A stretch of 64,000 bases of DNA, taken from the NCBI GenBank assembly GCA_018223105.1, contig JAAEYY010000006.1, positions 72,806 through 136,805 on the forward strand. The letters are read 5' to 3'. The DNA comes from a bacterium (lineage in GTDB: Bacteria > Bacteroidota > Bacteroidia > NS11-12g > UBA9320). This document shows, in pieces, positions 8,753 to 19,871 of the stretch; positions within the stretch are counted from its first letter, which is position 1, and each line of letters starts with the position of its first letter. A model generated the notes under the pieces. The model was not told the DNA's origin. It ran no database searches and saw only the letters and a list, made by a program, of their open reading frames with translations. Position numbers and translations under genes: made by a program.

Positions 8753-11029
8753 ATGAGAAAGCTAGGCATATTTATATTCGTCTTTATTATTTCTATCACA
8801 TCTTTCGCTCAAGAGACGATCAAGATCGGAGGTTGGCGTATTCATTTACCCTACAACTCAGTAGAGCAGCTCGTTGAGACTCCAAACCTGATTTATGTTA
8901 TGGCAGAGATTGGTATATACAGTTTTAATAAGGTAAGCGGAGAAATCGAACTTTACTCCAAAGTGAACGGACTCTCAGAAACTGCTGTTGCTTGCATGGA
9001 GTATTCTGAGGAGCACAATGCCCTTGTTATTGGCTATGATAACACTAATGTAGATATACTCAAAGACGGAAAGATTATTAACTTACCGGGTATACTAAGG
9101 AAGACCATTGTTGGTAAAAAAGAAATTAATGAAATCCGGATTTTTGGCGATAAAGCATATTTAGCTACTTCTTTCGGGGTAGTAGTAGTAGACCTTGCGA
9201 ATGACGACATTTTCGATAGCTATTTAAATATTGGTGCCGGAGGATCTAACCTAGAATTATATTCCGCAGCGGAATATCAAGGAAATTTATATCTGGGAAC
9301 TGAACTTGGAATCTATAGAGCGCCATTGACAGGAAAGAATTTGAGCGACTTTAATTCATGGTCGGTTTTTAAACCTAATGGTGGAGGTGCAAACTTGATG
9401 AGGGTATATGATAATAAACTCTTTTTTGTAGAAGATAGCATCCTGCGATACTATGATGGCAATACCTACCAGGACTTGGAAGCTGGTGCCCAGCATGAGT
9501 ATCAATCTATTACATTAGATCATGGTAAAATGACGGTATGTAAGACTGAAGGAATCACGGTTTATGAAAATACCAATGTCTATCGGGAGGTGAATGAGCG
9601 CTTCAAATTCGCTGCAATTTTTGATCATGAAGACAATGTTTGGACTGGTGGATTTTATTCAGGATTGATTAAAATAAGTCCTGCCAACCAGTATTCCTTC
9701 CTGCGACCACAAGGGCCATTTGGTCCAACAAGTTATGCAATGGAATCTATTGGAAATCAAATTTGGGTAACCAGTGGAGGTAGAGCAACTAATTATAGCC
9801 CTACGTTTAACAATTTTGGCTACTATGTTTTTGAAGATGGAAAATGGACGAATAGGGATCCCAATGAACCAGTTGTAGGAACCATGTTCGATTTCACTGC
9901 AATCGCTACAAATCCAACTACAAATGAAGTATGGATGGGTACTTTCGGTACCGGGATCGCTAGAATTAAAGACGGAAAATTTGTAGAGAGATTTGATCAT
10001 ACAAATTCCATCCTCCAACAATATGTGAACGATTGGACCATTTCAATGGGGATGGCCTTTGATCAGAATCAAGATCTATGGATGACCAACTTTGAATCTT
10101 CTAATGCATTAGCCGTTCGAAGAAACGATGGAACTTGGGAGTCCTTTAATTTGAGGTATAAAGGTACAGAATACAGAAGAGTTGGAAGAATTATTGTGGA
10201 TGAAAATAATACCAAATGGATGTTGGTAGAAAGAAGCTCATCGGCGGGGGGGACACGTGGAATGCTCGTTTTTAATCATAATGAGGATGGCCAACCTATT
10301 ATTCGTGCTTTAAGTGAGGGTGAAGGGAATGGTGGTTTACCTAATAATACGGTGAATGTTGCAATTCTGGATAAAGATGGTGAAGTATGGGTAGGAACGG
10401 AGAGTGGCTTGGCTATTTTTTATAACCCAAGCCTGGTTTTTCAAAGAGGGGATGTGAATGCAGATGCTCAACAAATCATTATCGATGATGGTGAAGATGT
10501 GGGCTACCTCCTTGGTAATGAAGTAATAAATGATATTAAGATAGACGGAGCTAATAGAAAGTGGGTGGCTACGAATAATGGTGTATGGCTAATTAAAGCA
10601 GATGGCTCTGCTGTAGTTCAACATTTTACAACATCCAACAGCCCATTGCCTTCAGACCAAGTGAATTGTCTCGCAATAAACCCAATTTCAGGGGAGGTGT
10701 TTTTTGGAACCACGGCCGGAATTATATCTTATAGAAGTGATGCTACAGAAGCTAGTAACCTTCATGAAAACACCTTGGTATATCCAAACCCGGTACACGA
10801 AGGGTATGATGGACCAATCACCATAACAGGCTTGCCGGCAAATGCTACAGTTAAGATAGCAGATGTTGCAGGAAGAGTGGTTTATGAACTGATCGCTACT
10901 GGAGGAACTGCCGTTTGGGATGGTAGAAACTTCGCGGGCGAGCGGCCTCAAACCGGAGTTTATCTCATTTTTTCAGCGAATGAGGATGACGAGGATGCGC
11001 TGGTTAGCAAGCTTTTAATCGTTAGATAG
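8753..11029 (+). CDS. T9SS cargo protein with two-component-regulator propeller (beta-propeller) repeats and a C-terminal T9SS sorting domain; PorZ-like
   Basis: The signal peptide is MRKLGIFIFVFIISITSFAQ. Repeated GTxxGxxxx motifs (GTELGIYRA, GTESGLAIF, TNNGVWLI) are present. The C-terminal roughly 80 aa (YPNPVHEG...GVYLIFSA...KLLIVR) matches the T9SS type-A C-terminal sorting domain. The track start GTG 8741 is replaced by ATG 8753. Confidence 0.6.
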   Translation: MRKLGIFIFVFIISITSFAQETIKIGGWRIHLPYNSVEQLVETPNLIYVMAEIGIYSFNKVSGEIELYSKVNGLSETAVACMEYSEEHNALVIGYDNTNVDILKDGKIINLPGILRKTIVGKKEINEIRIFGDKAYLATSFGVVVVDLANDDIFDSYLNIGAGGSNLELYSAAEYQGNLYLGTELGIYRAPLTGKNLSDFNSWSVFKPNGGGANLMRVYDNKLFFVEDSILRYYDGNTYQDLEAGAQHEYQSITLDHGKMTVCKTEGITVYENTNVYREVNERFKFAAIFDHEDNVWTGGFYSGLIKISPANQYSFLRPQGPFGPTSYAMESIGNQIWVTSGGRATNYSPTFNNFGYYVFEDGKWTNRDPNEPVVGTMFDFTAIATNPTTNEVWMGTFGTGIARIKDGKFVERFDHTNSILQQYVNDWTISMGMAFDQNQDLWMTNFESSNALAVRRNDGTWESFNLRYKGTEYRRVGRIIVDENNTKWMLVERSSSAGGTRGMLVFNHNEDGQPIIRALSEGEGNGGLPNNTVNVAILDKDGEVWVGTESGLAIFYNPSLVFQRGDVNADAQQIIIDDGEDVGYLLGNEVINDIKIDGANRKWVATNNGVWLIKADGSAVVQHFTTSNSPLPSDQVNCLAINPISGEVFFGTTAGIISYRSDATEASNLHENTLVYPNPVHEGYDGPITITGLPANATVKIADVAGRVVYELIATGGTAVWDGRNFAGERPQTGVYLIFSANEDDEDALVSKLLIVR

Positions 11030-11754
11030 TGTTATTTAAAACCCGGGCAATAGTTCTAAAAAATACCTTTTTCGGAGATCATGCCGTGATCTCAAAAATG
11101 TATACCCGAGAGAATGGTTTGCGCTCATATATGATCAATGGCGTACGTAAACCCAAGAGCAGGATAAGCATGGGAAGCCTTCAACCACTGAGTCTTTTGG
11201 ATTTAGAGGCATATGAGAAAAGCAATTCCGGTATACAAAGAATAAAAGAACTAAAATGTAGACCCATCTTAATTGATACCTTTCAGGATTTCAAAAGAAG
11301 AGCTGTGGCTATGTTTCTAATCGAACTACTAAATTCTTGCATTGTAGCTGAAGACTGTGAGCATGAGCTATTCGACTTCCTTGAAGCTTCTATATTAAAA
11401 CTTGAGACCGACGATCATATATCTAATTTCCCGCTTCAGTTTATGGTAGATTTCAGCAGGATGTTAGGGATAGATCCTCAATCTAATTACTCAGAAGACC
11501 AACCATATTTAGATCTGCAAACCGGCACTCACACTGCTGTAGCACATGAACTTTGTGCAGATCGGGATGTGAGCAGAATAATACACGTTTTAAGGAATGC
11601 CGATGATAAGCAACATCTCAATATGAGTGCAGGCTTGAGAAAGAAGACACTGGATACCTTAATTTTGTACTATCAGCAGCATCTCATGCATGTGAAACGC
11701 TTTAATTCTACCGAAATATTAGGGGAAGTGATGGAAGCGTGGCATAAGGTTTGA
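11029..11754 (+). CDS. recO: DNA repair protein RecO
   Basis: The N-terminus MLFKTRAIVLKNTFFGDHAVISKMYTRENGL is typical of RecO. It is about 241 aa. Confidence 0.85.
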   Translation: MLFKTRAIVLKNTFFGDHAVISKMYTRENGLRSYMINGVRKPKSRISMGSLQPLSLLDLEAYEKSNSGIQRIKELKCRPILIDTFQDFKRRAVAMFLIELLNSCIVAEDCEHELFDFLEASILKLETDDHISNFPLQFMVDFSRMLGIDPQSNYSEDQPYLDLQTGTHTAVAHELCADRDVSRIIHVLRNADDKQHLNMSAGLRKKTLDTLILYYQQHLMHVKRFNSTEILGEVMEAWHKV

Positions 11755-11780
11755 TGTTTATTTATTAAATTTATAAGATT

Positions 11781-12350
11781 ATGAAAAAGTTTCTCTTGGC
11801 ACTTATAGTACTCATTTCAGCAACAGATCTCATGGCACAGTCTGCCAAAGACAGTATTAAGATCGTGCGGAGAGTAGTTATGGATGGAGATACCTTCTAT
11901 GTATATGAGTTTGATGAGTATATTCATAAGGAGTTTTTGTCCAAAGAGGAACTCGAAGAATACGAAAAGCTGGTTAAGAGAGTGAAGAAGGTACTTCCCT
12001 ACGCCAAACTAGCTGCTTTCAGATTGCAGATGATGGAAGATAATTTGAATCAGCTTAAAACTAAGCGTGCAAAAAGAAAGTACATTAAGGAAACTGAGGA
12101 AGCAATTAAGAAAGAGTTTATGGGGCAACTCAAAAACTTATATGTGGAAGAGGGTAAATTACTTTTGAAGCTGATCCATAGAGAAACAGGTAACACTACC
12201 TACGAAATTCTTAAGAAATACAGAGGAAGTGCATCTACTTTCTACTGGGGCCTTCTGGCTTCATATTACGATGCCGATATTGAAGTTACATATGATCCGA
12301 TCAAGGATTATCAGATAGAATACATTATTAAAAGTGCCAAACTGGAATAA
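11781..12350 (+). CDS. Secreted hypothetical protein (possibly DUF4294 family)
   Basis: It has a signal peptide. The protein is Lys/Glu-rich and about 189 aa. The family assignment is from memory only. Confidence 0.45.
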   Translation: MKKFLLALIVLISATDLMAQSAKDSIKIVRRVVMDGDTFYVYEFDEYIHKEFLSKEELEEYEKLVKRVKKVLPYAKLAAFRLQMMEDNLNQLKTKRAKRKYIKETEEAIKKEFMGQLKNLYVEEGKLLLKLIHRETGNTTYEILKKYRGSASTFYWGLLASYYDADIEVTYDPIKDYQIEYIIKSAKLE

Positions 12351-12371
12351 GTTTTATTTGTTTTGCACTGA

Positions 12372-13091
12372 ATGAAGTTAGATGTTCTGGCCTTCGCGGC
12401 CCATCCGGATGATGTAGAGTTAGCCTGTTCAGGTACACTCATAAAGCTAAAGAAATCAGGAAAACGAATTGGTATTGTTGATCTCACCGAAGGTGAAATG
12501 GGCACTCGTGGCACACCTGAAATAAGAAAGGCAGAATCAAAAGCTTCTTCGGAAATCATGGGCTTAGATGTTCGTGAAAATTTAAATCTTGGCGATGCAT
12601 GGTTTGAAATTTCAAAATCGAACCAATTAAAGGTGATTGAGTCTATCCGTGCATATCAACCCGATATTATTCTCGTCAATGCCAAAAACGACAGACATAC
12701 AGATCACCCCAAAGGAGGCGAATTAGTTAAGCAGGCTGCTTTTCTTTCAGGTTTGGCTAAGGTTGAAACTGAGAGGGAAGGAGTGAAGCAAGATGCTTGG
12801 CGACCTAAGCATATCTTCCATTATATTCAGTATCTTATGGATACACCGGATTTCATTGTAGATATATCCGACGAGTTTGAAACCAAGATGAAGGCGATTC
12901 AGGCGTACAAGTCTCAGTTTTACAATCCGGAATCCGATGAGCCCAAAACCTTAATCTCTTCTCAAGAGTTTCTAAAGTACATTGAAGCAAGGGCAAGAGA
13001 ATGCGGATCTGCAATTGAGTCTACCTACGGTGAAGGTTTTCACGTAATAAGACCATTGTCGCTCGACATGGCAGATTTACTTCCAAAATAA
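12372..13091 (+). CDS. bshB1: Bacillithiol biosynthesis deacetylase BshB1 (PIG-L/LmbE family)
   Basis: AHPDDVELACSGTL is the LmbE-type zinc-deacetylase motif. Length and the HTDHP motif are consistent. Confidence 0.8.
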   Translation: MKLDVLAFAAHPDDVELACSGTLIKLKKSGKRIGIVDLTEGEMGTRGTPEIRKAESKASSEIMGLDVRENLNLGDAWFEISKSNQLKVIESIRAYQPDIILVNAKNDRHTDHPKGGELVKQAAFLSGLAKVETEREGVKQDAWRPKHIFHYIQYLMDTPDFIVDISDEFETKMKAIQAYKSQFYNPESDEPKTLISSQEFLKYIEARARECGSAIESTYGEGFHVIRPLSLDMADLLPK

Positions 13092-13976
13092 TTTTAAAAA
13101 GCGGTTTGGGGTAATTGAGTATTCGTAGAAATATTCAGTTTCTGAGCCGAAGCTGTTAAAGAACTTCGCTACCGATTCAATTTTAGATCCTTCAAAGTCG
13201 AGAATATACTCCGTCTCTGCGTATAGTTCTATCAAGTGGTCTATTAAGATAGATAGGGCATTTCGTTTCTTACCAAGTTTAGATGGTGCACCCATCACAT
13301 AATGTAATCGTCCATGACCTTTTACGAAGAATGCTGAAGCAAGACATTGATCTTCGAGATATACCTTGATATGTTCAAGTTGTTCATTCTCCGCCATAAT
13401 TTTCATAAGGTCATTAAATCGACTATAGGCATATTCATCCAAATGCAGATTCATCTTGCCGTAGGCCTTAATATACATTACCACAGTTTCCGATATTGAT
13501 TGTTCGACAGGAGCCGGGTTTCGTACAATCGTAAGTTCGTCGTTCTTCTTTTTCCGGAGGTTTTTAGATAAGTCGGATCTATAATTAGATCTTAAGTCAT
13601 CAATAGATTGGTTTAGATCGAGAATAATATTGGGTCTCTTTTCATAGGAGTGGTTCAGTTTAATATTGGAATTAAACCGGATTCGGTCGAAGTGTTTGTT
13701 CAGAAGAATTTCTATATCTGATATAATCGACTCATTAATGGGCCCAATCCATGGACATAATTGAATGAAGGGAGGCTGATATAATTCCTTAAACCATACC
13801 CTCATTCTTCGGGGTAGAGGAAGTCCTCCTTCATAGTCGTTCAATATGAGGGCATCCCAAGTGCTAAATGCGCTTAAATAAGCAGACTCTCCAAAAACAG
13901 AAGCGCCTTTTTGATCCCTCAACATAAGGTCCCAGCGATTAAAATCAATTTCTTCGTGTTTTAGATAGTTCAGCAC
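13077..13976 (-). CDS. Hypothetical protein with a FemAB/GNAT-like acyltransferase fold
   Basis: The C-terminal half (HGRLHYVMGAPSKLGKKRNALSILIDHLIELYAETEYILDFEG) resembles FemAB / Acetyltransf_6-type proteins. It is convergent with bshB1 and overlaps it by 15 nt. Confidence 0.4.
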   Translation of the reverse strand: MLNYLKHEEIDFNRWDLMLRDQKGASVFGESAYLSAFSTWDALILNDYEGGLPLPRRMRVWFKELYQPPFIQLCPWIGPINESIISDIEILLNKHFDRIRFNSNIKLNHSYEKRPNIILDLNQSIDDLRSNYRSDLSKNLRKKKNDELTIVRNPAPVEQSISETVVMYIKAYGKMNLHLDEYAYSRFNDLMKIMAENEQLEHIKVYLEDQCLASAFFVKGHGRLHYVMGAPSKLGKKRNALSILIDHLIELYAETEYILDFEGSKIESVAKFFNSFGSETEYFYEYSITPNRFLKLFWK

Positions 13977-14166
13977 GCCGACAAAAATAAGAGCTTATGT
14001 TAGACTTACTTAGCATTAATATCACAGAATAATAATATCGCTAAACTCTTATATAGCAACATCTTATTTATATTTGCACTCTCTTAAAAGGGCAATTCTT
14101 TTTAGACAATATAATAGGCTTTAAAATCACTCATCTAAAAGCCTTCAAATTTTTTTTTCAAAGCCC

Positions 14167-14196
14167 TTGCAAACTTACCAATTAGTGCTACTTTTG
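14167..14196 (+). promoter_or_regulatory. Bacteroidota sigma-A-type promoter (TTG -33 / TACTTTTG -7, 19-nt spacing) upstream of rpsL
   Basis: TTG lies at 14167-14169 and TACTTTTG at 14189-14196, matching the TTG-N19-TAnnTTTG consensus. Confidence 0.35.
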
Positions 14197-14225
14197 CAGA
14201 CCTTTTTAGAAACTGCAGAATTTAT

Positions 14226-14600
14226 ATGCCAACGATACAACAATTAGTTAGGAAAGGGAGGAAGCAAATCACCAAGAAAAGCAAGTCGAGAGCACTTGAC
14301 TCTTGTCCTCAGCGTCGAGGTGTTTGCACTAGAGTGTACACCACTACTCCCAAGAAACCAAACTCAGCAATGAGAAAAGTAGCCAGAGTAAGGCTTACCA
14401 ATGGAAATGAAGTGAATGCTTACATCCCTGGAGAAGGCCATAATCTACAAGAACACAGCATCGTTTTGGTGCGAGGTGGAAGGGTAAAAGATTTACCCGG
14501 TGTGAGATATCACATTGTACGTGGAGCTTTGGATACTGCAGGAGTTGAAGGTAGAACTCAGAGAAGAAGTAAGTACGGAGCTAAAAGACCTAAGAAATAA
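14226..14600 (+). CDS. rpsL: 30S ribosomal protein S12
   Basis: [12 protein letters not shown]...KRPKK. Confidence 0.95.
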   Translation: MPTIQQLVRKGRKQITKKSKSRALDSCPQRRGVCTRVYTTTPKKPNSAMRKVARVRLTNGNEVNAYIPGEGHNLQEHSIVLVRGGRVKDLPGVRYHIVRGALDTAGVEGRTQRRSKYGAKRPKK

Positions 14601-15070
14601 TGAGAAAGTCACAAGCCAGAAAACGCGACATCACACCAGATCCAAGATTCAATGATATCTTGGTTTCTCGCTTTATTAATAATATGATGCTTCAGGGCAA
14701 GAAAGAAAAAGCGAGAAAGATTTTTTATGATGCGATTGACATTGTTGAAACTAAAGTTGAAGAAGAACCTGGAATTGAGGTTTGGAAAAAAGCTTTAAAT
14801 AATATAATGCCGTCTGTAATGGTAAAGAGTCGTAGAGTAGGAGGTGCCACTTTCCAGATTCCAATGGAAGTAAAGCCACATTTAAAAGTGTCTTTCGGAA
14901 TTAAGTGGATGATCAAATACTCAAGAAGCAGAAACGAGAAATCAATGGCAGGAAAATTAGCCGGAGAAATCGTAGCAGCTTCAAAGGGTGAAGGCGCTGC
15001 AGTGAAGAAAAAGGAAGATACCCATAGAATGGCGGAAGCGAATAAAGCATTTTCACATTTTAGAGTTTAG
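14600..15070 (+). CDS. rpsG: 30S ribosomal protein S7
   Basis: [19 protein letters not shown]... Confidence 0.95.
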   Translation: MRKSQARKRDITPDPRFNDILVSRFINNMMLQGKKEKARKIFYDAIDIVETKVEEEPGIEVWKKALNNIMPSVMVKSRRVGGATFQIPMEVKPHLKVSFGIKWMIKYSRSRNEKSMAGKLAGEIVAASKGEGAAVKKKEDTHRMAEANKAFSHFRV

Positions 15071-15076
15071 AGTAAG

Positions 15077-17182
15077 ATGTCAAAAAGAGACTTAAAATAT
15101 ACAAGAAATATAGGGATTGCCGCTCACATCGATGCCGGTAAAACAACTACTACCGAGCGTATCCTTTATTACGCGGGTGTTTCTCACAAAATTGGTGAGG
15201 TACACGATGGAGCAGCAACCATGGACTGGATGGAGCAAGAGCAGGAAAGAGGTATTACTATTACTTCTGCTGCAACTACTATCTTCTGGCCATACAGAGA
15301 CAATCAATACCATGTGAACATTATCGATACTCCTGGTCACGTTGACTTTACAGTAGAGGTGAATCGTTCTCTTCGTGTATTAGATGGATTAGTATTCTTA
15401 TTTAGTGCAGTTGATGGTGTTGAGCCACAGTCTGAAACTAACTGGAGATTAGCAAATAACTATAACGTTGCCAGAATTGGTTTCGTAAATAAAATGGACC
15501 GTCAGGGTGCCGACTTCCTTAACGTGTGTAAGCAAGTAAAGGAAATGTTGGGAAGTACTGCAATTCCTTTGCAGTTGCCTATCGGTGCTGAAGATACTTT
15601 CAGAGGAGTTGTTGATTTGATCAACTTCAAAGGAATCGTATGGAATGAGGAAGACATGGGTATGACCTTTAGCGAAGTACCTATTCCTGATGACATGATG
15701 GAAGAAGCTACTGCATACCGCGAGCAATTGCTTGAGGCTGTAGCTGAATTCGACGATTCTATCATGGAAAAATATTTTGAAGATCCTACTTCAATCACTG
15801 AGCGTGAAATTCTTGATGCATTAAGAGAAGCTACCATCGCGATGAAAATCGTTCCAATGATGTGTGGTTCTGCATTTAAGAACAAAGGTGTTCAGGCGAT
15901 GTTGGATATGGTAATGGAAATTCTTCCATCTCCATTGGATCAAGAAGCAATTAAAGGGATCAACCCTAAAAATGATGAGCCTGCATTCAGAAAGCCTTCT
16001 GTTGAAGAGCCATTTGCATCTCTTGCATTTAAAATTGCTACAGATCCTTATGTAGGTCGTCTTTGCTTTACTCGTGCGTACTCAGGAGTACTTGAGTCTG
16101 GTTCTTATGTATTCAACACAAGAACAAATAAGAAAGAGCGTATTTCACGTATCTTCCAAATGCACGCTAATAAGCAAAATCAAATTGAGAAATTACAAGC
16201 GGGTGATATCGCTGCACTTGTAGGATTTAAGGATATTAGAACAGGTGATACGCTTTGTGCTGAGAATGCACCAATCGTACTTGAATCTATGGACTTCCCG
16301 GATCCTGTAATTGGTGTTGCAATTGAGCCTAAGACTCAAGCAGACGTAGATAAATTGGGTATGGCTTTAGCGAAACTTGCTGAAGAAGATCCTACATTCC
16401 AAGTAAGAACGGATGATGAAACCGGCCAAACTGTAATTAGCGGTATGGGTGAGCTTCACTTGGAGATTATCATCGATCGTCTTAAAAGAGAATTTAAAGT
16501 AGAAGCGAACCAGGGTGCACCTCAGGTTGCTTATAAAGAAACTATCACTGGTAGTATTACTCACAGAGAGACTTACAAGAAGCAATCAGGTGGTAAGGGT
16601 AAATTCGCCGATATTCAGGTTGAAATTTCTCCTGCATCTGAAGGTAAAGAAGGTCTTGAGTTTGTAAACGAGATTGTAGGTGGTGCGATTCCTAAGGAAT
16701 TTATCCCTGCAGTTGAGAAAGGATTCAAAGAAGCTATGAAAAACGGTGTACTTGCAGGTTATCCTGTAGAGAACTTGAAAGTACGTCTTTTTGATGGTTC
16801 ATTCCACGCGGTGGATTCGGATTCTCTATCATTTGAGCAAGCTGCAAAATTTGCATTTAGAGATGGTTGTAGAAATGCCAATCCGGTATTGCTAGAGCCT
16901 ATCATGAAATTAGAAGTTATCACTCCTGAAGAAAATATGGGTGATGTGATGGGTGACCTTAACAGAAGAAGAGGTCAGATGCAAGGTGTTGGAGAGAAAA
17001 GTGGAGCACAAGTAATTAAAGCTATGGTTCCTCTTTCAGAGATGTTCGGATATGTAACTGCATTGAGAACTATTACTTCAGGTAGAGCCACTTCAACTAT
17101 GGAGTTTGATCACTACGAAGAAGTTCCAAAGAATATTGCAGAGGGAATTTTAGCAAAAGTTAACGGTACAATAAAGGCATAA
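15077..17182 (+). CDS. fusA: Elongation factor G
   Basis: The GTPase G-motifs AHIDAGKTT and DTPGHVDF are present. It is 701 aa. Confidence 0.95.
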   Translation: MSKRDLKYTRNIGIAAHIDAGKTTTTERILYYAGVSHKIGEVHDGAATMDWMEQEQERGITITSAATTIFWPYRDNQYHVNIIDTPGHVDFTVEVNRSLRVLDGLVFLFSAVDGVEPQSETNWRLANNYNVARIGFVNKMDRQGADFLNVCKQVKEMLGSTAIPLQLPIGAEDTFRGVVDLINFKGIVWNEEDMGMTFSEVPIPDDMMEEATAYREQLLEAVAEFDDSIMEKYFEDPTSITEREILDALREATIAMKIVPMMCGSAFKNKGVQAMLDMVMEILPSPLDQEAIKGINPKNDEPAFRKPSVEEPFASLAFKIATDPYVGRLCFTRAYSGVLESGSYVFNTRTNKKERISRIFQMHANKQNQIEKLQAGDIAALVGFKDIRTGDTLCAENAPIVLESMDFPDPVIGVAIEPKTQADVDKLGMALAKLAEEDPTFQVRTDDETGQTVISGMGELHLEIIIDRLKREFKVEANQGAPQVAYKETITGSITHRETYKKQSGGKGKFADIQVEISPASEGKEGLEFVNEIVGGAIPKEFIPAVEKGFKEAMKNGVLAGYPVENLKVRLFDGSFHAVDSDSLSFEQAAKFAFRDGCRNANPVLLEPIMKLEVITPEENMGDVMGDLNRRRGQMQGVGEKSGAQVIKAMVPLSEMFGYVTALRTITSGRATSTMEFDHYEEVPKNIAEGILAKVNGTIKA

Positions 17183-17184
17183 AC

Positions 17185-17493
17185 ATGATTAATCAGAAAA
17201 TCCGAATAAAGTTAAAGTCTTACGACCATAACCTGATTGATAAATCAGCGGAGAAAATTGTGAAGTCTGTAAAGGCAACAGGTGCTGTAGTTAGTGGTCC
17301 TATTCCATTGCCTACCCAGCGCAAGATCTTTACAGTATTGAGATCTCCGCACGTAAATAAAAAATCACGTGAGCAATTCCAATTGAACTCTTACAAGAGA
17401 TTGCTCGACATCTATAGCTCTAGTGCTAAAACAGTAGACGCTTTGATGAAGTTGGAATTACCTAGTGGAGTGGATGTAGAAATTAAAGTATAA
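17185..17493 (+). CDS. rpsJ: 30S ribosomal protein S10
   Basis: [21 protein letters not shown]... Confidence 0.95.
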   Translation: MINQKIRIKLKSYDHNLIDKSAEKIVKSVKATGAVVSGPIPLPTQRKIFTVLRSPHVNKKSREQFQLNSYKRLLDIYSSSAKTVDALMKLELPSGVDVEIKV

Positions 17494-17500
17494 CAGGAAG

Positions 17501-18118
17501 ATGTTAGGTTTTATAGGAAAAAAAGTAGGAATGACTTCAGTGTTTACCGAGTCTGGTAAATTGGAGGCATGTACCGTAGTTGAAGCGTTACCAAACGTAA
17601 TCACACAGATTAAAACTGTGGATACGGATGGTTACAATGCGGTTCAAATTGCTGCATTCGACAAGAAAGAAAAAAGCGCTACCAAAGCTGAATTAGGACA
17701 TTTTGCTAAAGCAAAGACTGCTCCTAAAAGAATGGTAGCTGAGATCCGCGATTTTGATAAAGAAGTGAATCTAGGTGATTCTCTTGGCATCGATATTTTC
17801 GTTGAAGGAGAATTCGTAGACGTAGCAGGAACTTCAAAAGGTAAAGGTTTTCAGGGTGTTGTAAAAAGACATGGTTTTAGCGGTGTGGGTGAATCAACTC
17901 ACGGTCAGCACAACCGTCTAAGAGCTCCCGGATCACTTGGTGCGGGTTCTACACCATCAAGAGTATTTAAAGGTACTCGTATGGCGGGAAGAACCGGAGG
18001 TACTAAAGTGAAAATGCAAAACCTTCGCGTATTGAAGATTGATGCGGAAAATAATGTATTGGTAATAAGCGGTGCGATTCCTGGTCATAAAGGATCGTAC
18101 ATAATGATCGAGAAATAG
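17501..18118 (+). CDS. rplC: 50S ribosomal protein L3
   Basis: [15 protein letters not shown]... Confidence 0.95.
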   Translation: MLGFIGKKVGMTSVFTESGKLEACTVVEALPNVITQIKTVDTDGYNAVQIAAFDKKEKSATKAELGHFAKAKTAPKRMVAEIRDFDKEVNLGDSLGIDIFVEGEFVDVAGTSKGKGFQGVVKRHGFSGVGESTHGQHNRLRAPGSLGAGSTPSRVFKGTRMAGRTGGTKVKMQNLRVLKIDAENNVLVISGAIPGHKGSYIMIEK

Positions 18119-18120
18119 CA

Positions 18121-18747
18121 ATGAAAGTAAAAGTATTAAATACTTCAGGTGCAGAAACCGGTAAGGAAGTAAATCTTCCTAAGGAGATCTTCGGTTTGGA
18201 GCCGAACGACCACGCTATTTATCTTGACGTTAAGCAATATCTTGCTAATCAACGTCAGGGTACACATAGAACAAAAGAAAAAGGCGAGATCATAGGTTCT
18301 ACAAAGAAATTGAAGCGTCAGAAAGGTACCGGTACTGCAAGAGCAGGTAGTATCAAGTCTGGTTTGTTCAAAGGGGGAGGACGTTTTCACGGGCCAAAAC
18401 CTAGAGACTACGGTTTCAAATTGAACAAAAAGCTTAAAACTTTGGCTAGAAAATCAGCGCTTAGCCACAAAGCAAACGATAAAGCTATTTACGTAGTAGA
18501 TTCAGTAAGCTTTGATGGACCAAAGACGAAAGCGTATCTCGACATGCTTACAAGCTTGAAATTGAACGACGGAAGAACTTTAATGGTAATTCCTGATTAC
18601 GATAATAATGTGTATCTCTCAGCTAGAAACCTGCCAAAAGCAGAAGTGTTAGCAGCTCGTGATTTGAATACTTATCAAATCCTTAAAGCTAAGAACTTAA
18701 TTCTTGTTGAAGGATCTATTGATAAAATTAAAGAAACCTTGAACTAA
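18121..18747 (+). CDS. rplD: 50S ribosomal protein L4
   Basis: KRQKGTGTARAGS motif. Confidence 0.95.
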   Translation: MKVKVLNTSGAETGKEVNLPKEIFGLEPNDHAIYLDVKQYLANQRQGTHRTKEKGEIIGSTKKLKRQKGTGTARAGSIKSGLFKGGGRFHGPKPRDYGFKLNKKLKTLARKSALSHKANDKAIYVVDSVSFDGPKTKAYLDMLTSLKLNDGRTLMVIPDYDNNVYLSARNLPKAEVLAARDLNTYQILKAKNLILVEGSIDKIKETLN

Positions 18748-18748
18748 A

Positions 18749-19039
18749 ATGGGAGTACTAAAGAAACCTTTGATCACTGAGAAAATGTCGAATCTATCCG
18801 AGCGACTAAACCAATACGGTTTCCGTGTGGATTTAAAAGCGACTAAGCCTCAGATAAAAGAAGAGATCGAGAAAATGTACAATGTTGAAGTGGAATCAAT
18901 CAGAACCATGGTTGTACAAGGAAAGAAAAAGTCTCGATTTACTAAGACTGGAATTGTAAACGGAAAGAATTCCAATTACAAGAAAGCGATTGTGAAGTTA
19001 AAAGAAGATCAATCTATAGACTTCTACGAAAATATTTAA
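18749..19039 (+). CDS. rplW: 50S ribosomal protein L23
   Basis: [16 protein letters not shown]... Confidence 0.95.
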   Translation: MGVLKKPLITEKMSNLSERLNQYGFRVDLKATKPQIKEEIEKMYNVEVESIRTMVVQGKKKSRFTKTGIVNGKNSNYKKAIVKLKEDQSIDFYENI

Positions 19040-19043
19040 GAGC

Positions 19044-19868
19044 ATGGCTGTAAAGAAAATAAAACCGGTTACCCCAGGACAGCGATTTAAGCTGGCAAAT
19101 ACCTTTGAAGAGCTTACTGCTAGTAAGCCTGAGAAGAGCCTTTTGGCTCCGATGAGAAGCAAAGGTGGTAGAAATAACACCGGAAAAATGACCATTAGAA
19201 ACGTAGGGGGTGGTCATAAAAGAAGATACAGAATAATCGACTTCAAACGTAATAAGCACGAAGAAGCAGAAGTATTAACTATCGAGTACGATCCAAACAG
19301 AACTGCATTCATTTCTTTGGTTCAGTATGGAGATGGCGAGAAAAGATACATCATCGCTCCTAAAGGCTTAAAAGTTGGTCAGAAGATTAACAGTGGTCCC
19401 GGTGTCGGTCCTGAATTAGGTAATGCTTTACCTCTTCAAGAGATTCCATTGGGAACCATGGTACACAATATTGAAATGCAGCCGGGTAAAGGTGCTGAGA
19501 TCTGCAGAAGTGCAGGATCCGGAGCGCAGTTACTTGCAAGAGACGGTAAATACGCGGTTGTTAAGTTGCCTTCAGGAGAATCGAGAATGATTCTTACAAG
19601 ATGCTTAGCTACTGTTGGTGTTGTGTCTAATGGAGATCATCAGTTGGAGATTTCGGGTAAAGCCGGTCGTTCAAGATGGTTGGGACGCAGACCAAGAACC
19701 AGACCTGCTGCTATGAACCCGGTTGATCACCCACAAGGTGGTGGTGAAGGTAGATCTAAAGGTGGTCAGGCAAGATCGCGTAAGGGTATTCCTTCTAAAG
19801 GTTTGAAGACAAGAAGTAAAAAGAAGAATTCGTCAAGACTTATATTAGAGCGTAAGAAGAAGAAATAA
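19044..19868 (+). CDS. rplB: 50S ribosomal protein L2
   Basis: [15 protein letters not shown]... It is 274 aa. Confidence 0.95.
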   Translation: MAVKKIKPVTPGQRFKLANTFEELTASKPEKSLLAPMRSKGGRNNTGKMTIRNVGGGHKRRYRIIDFKRNKHEEAEVLTIEYDPNRTAFISLVQYGDGEKRYIIAPKGLKVGQKINSGPGVGPELGNALPLQEIPLGTMVHNIEMQPGKGAEICRSAGSGAQLLARDGKYAVVKLPSGESRMILTRCLATVGVVSNGDHQLEISGKAGRSRWLGRRPRTRPAAMNPVDHPQGGGEGRSKGGQARSRKGIPSKGLKTRSKKKNSSRLILERKKKK

Positions 19869-19871
19869 GCT

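Noticed and set aside
12311-12559. 82-aa minus-strand ORF spanning the DUF4294-like / bshB1 junction
   Set aside because: It is antisense to two supported genes and has no features.
15092-15885. Antisense or alternative-frame ORFs inside fusA (15092-15340 -, 15449-15727 -, 15502-15885 -, 15117-15317 +)
   Set aside because: They are fully embedded in the strongly supported EF-G coding sequence, have no motifs, and are typical of spurious frames in coding DNA.
17182-17185. Missing tuf between fusA and rpsJ as a deletion
   Set aside because: In Bacteroidota tuf is normally located elsewhere, with the tRNA-secE-nusG cluster, and fusA directly precedes rpsJ.
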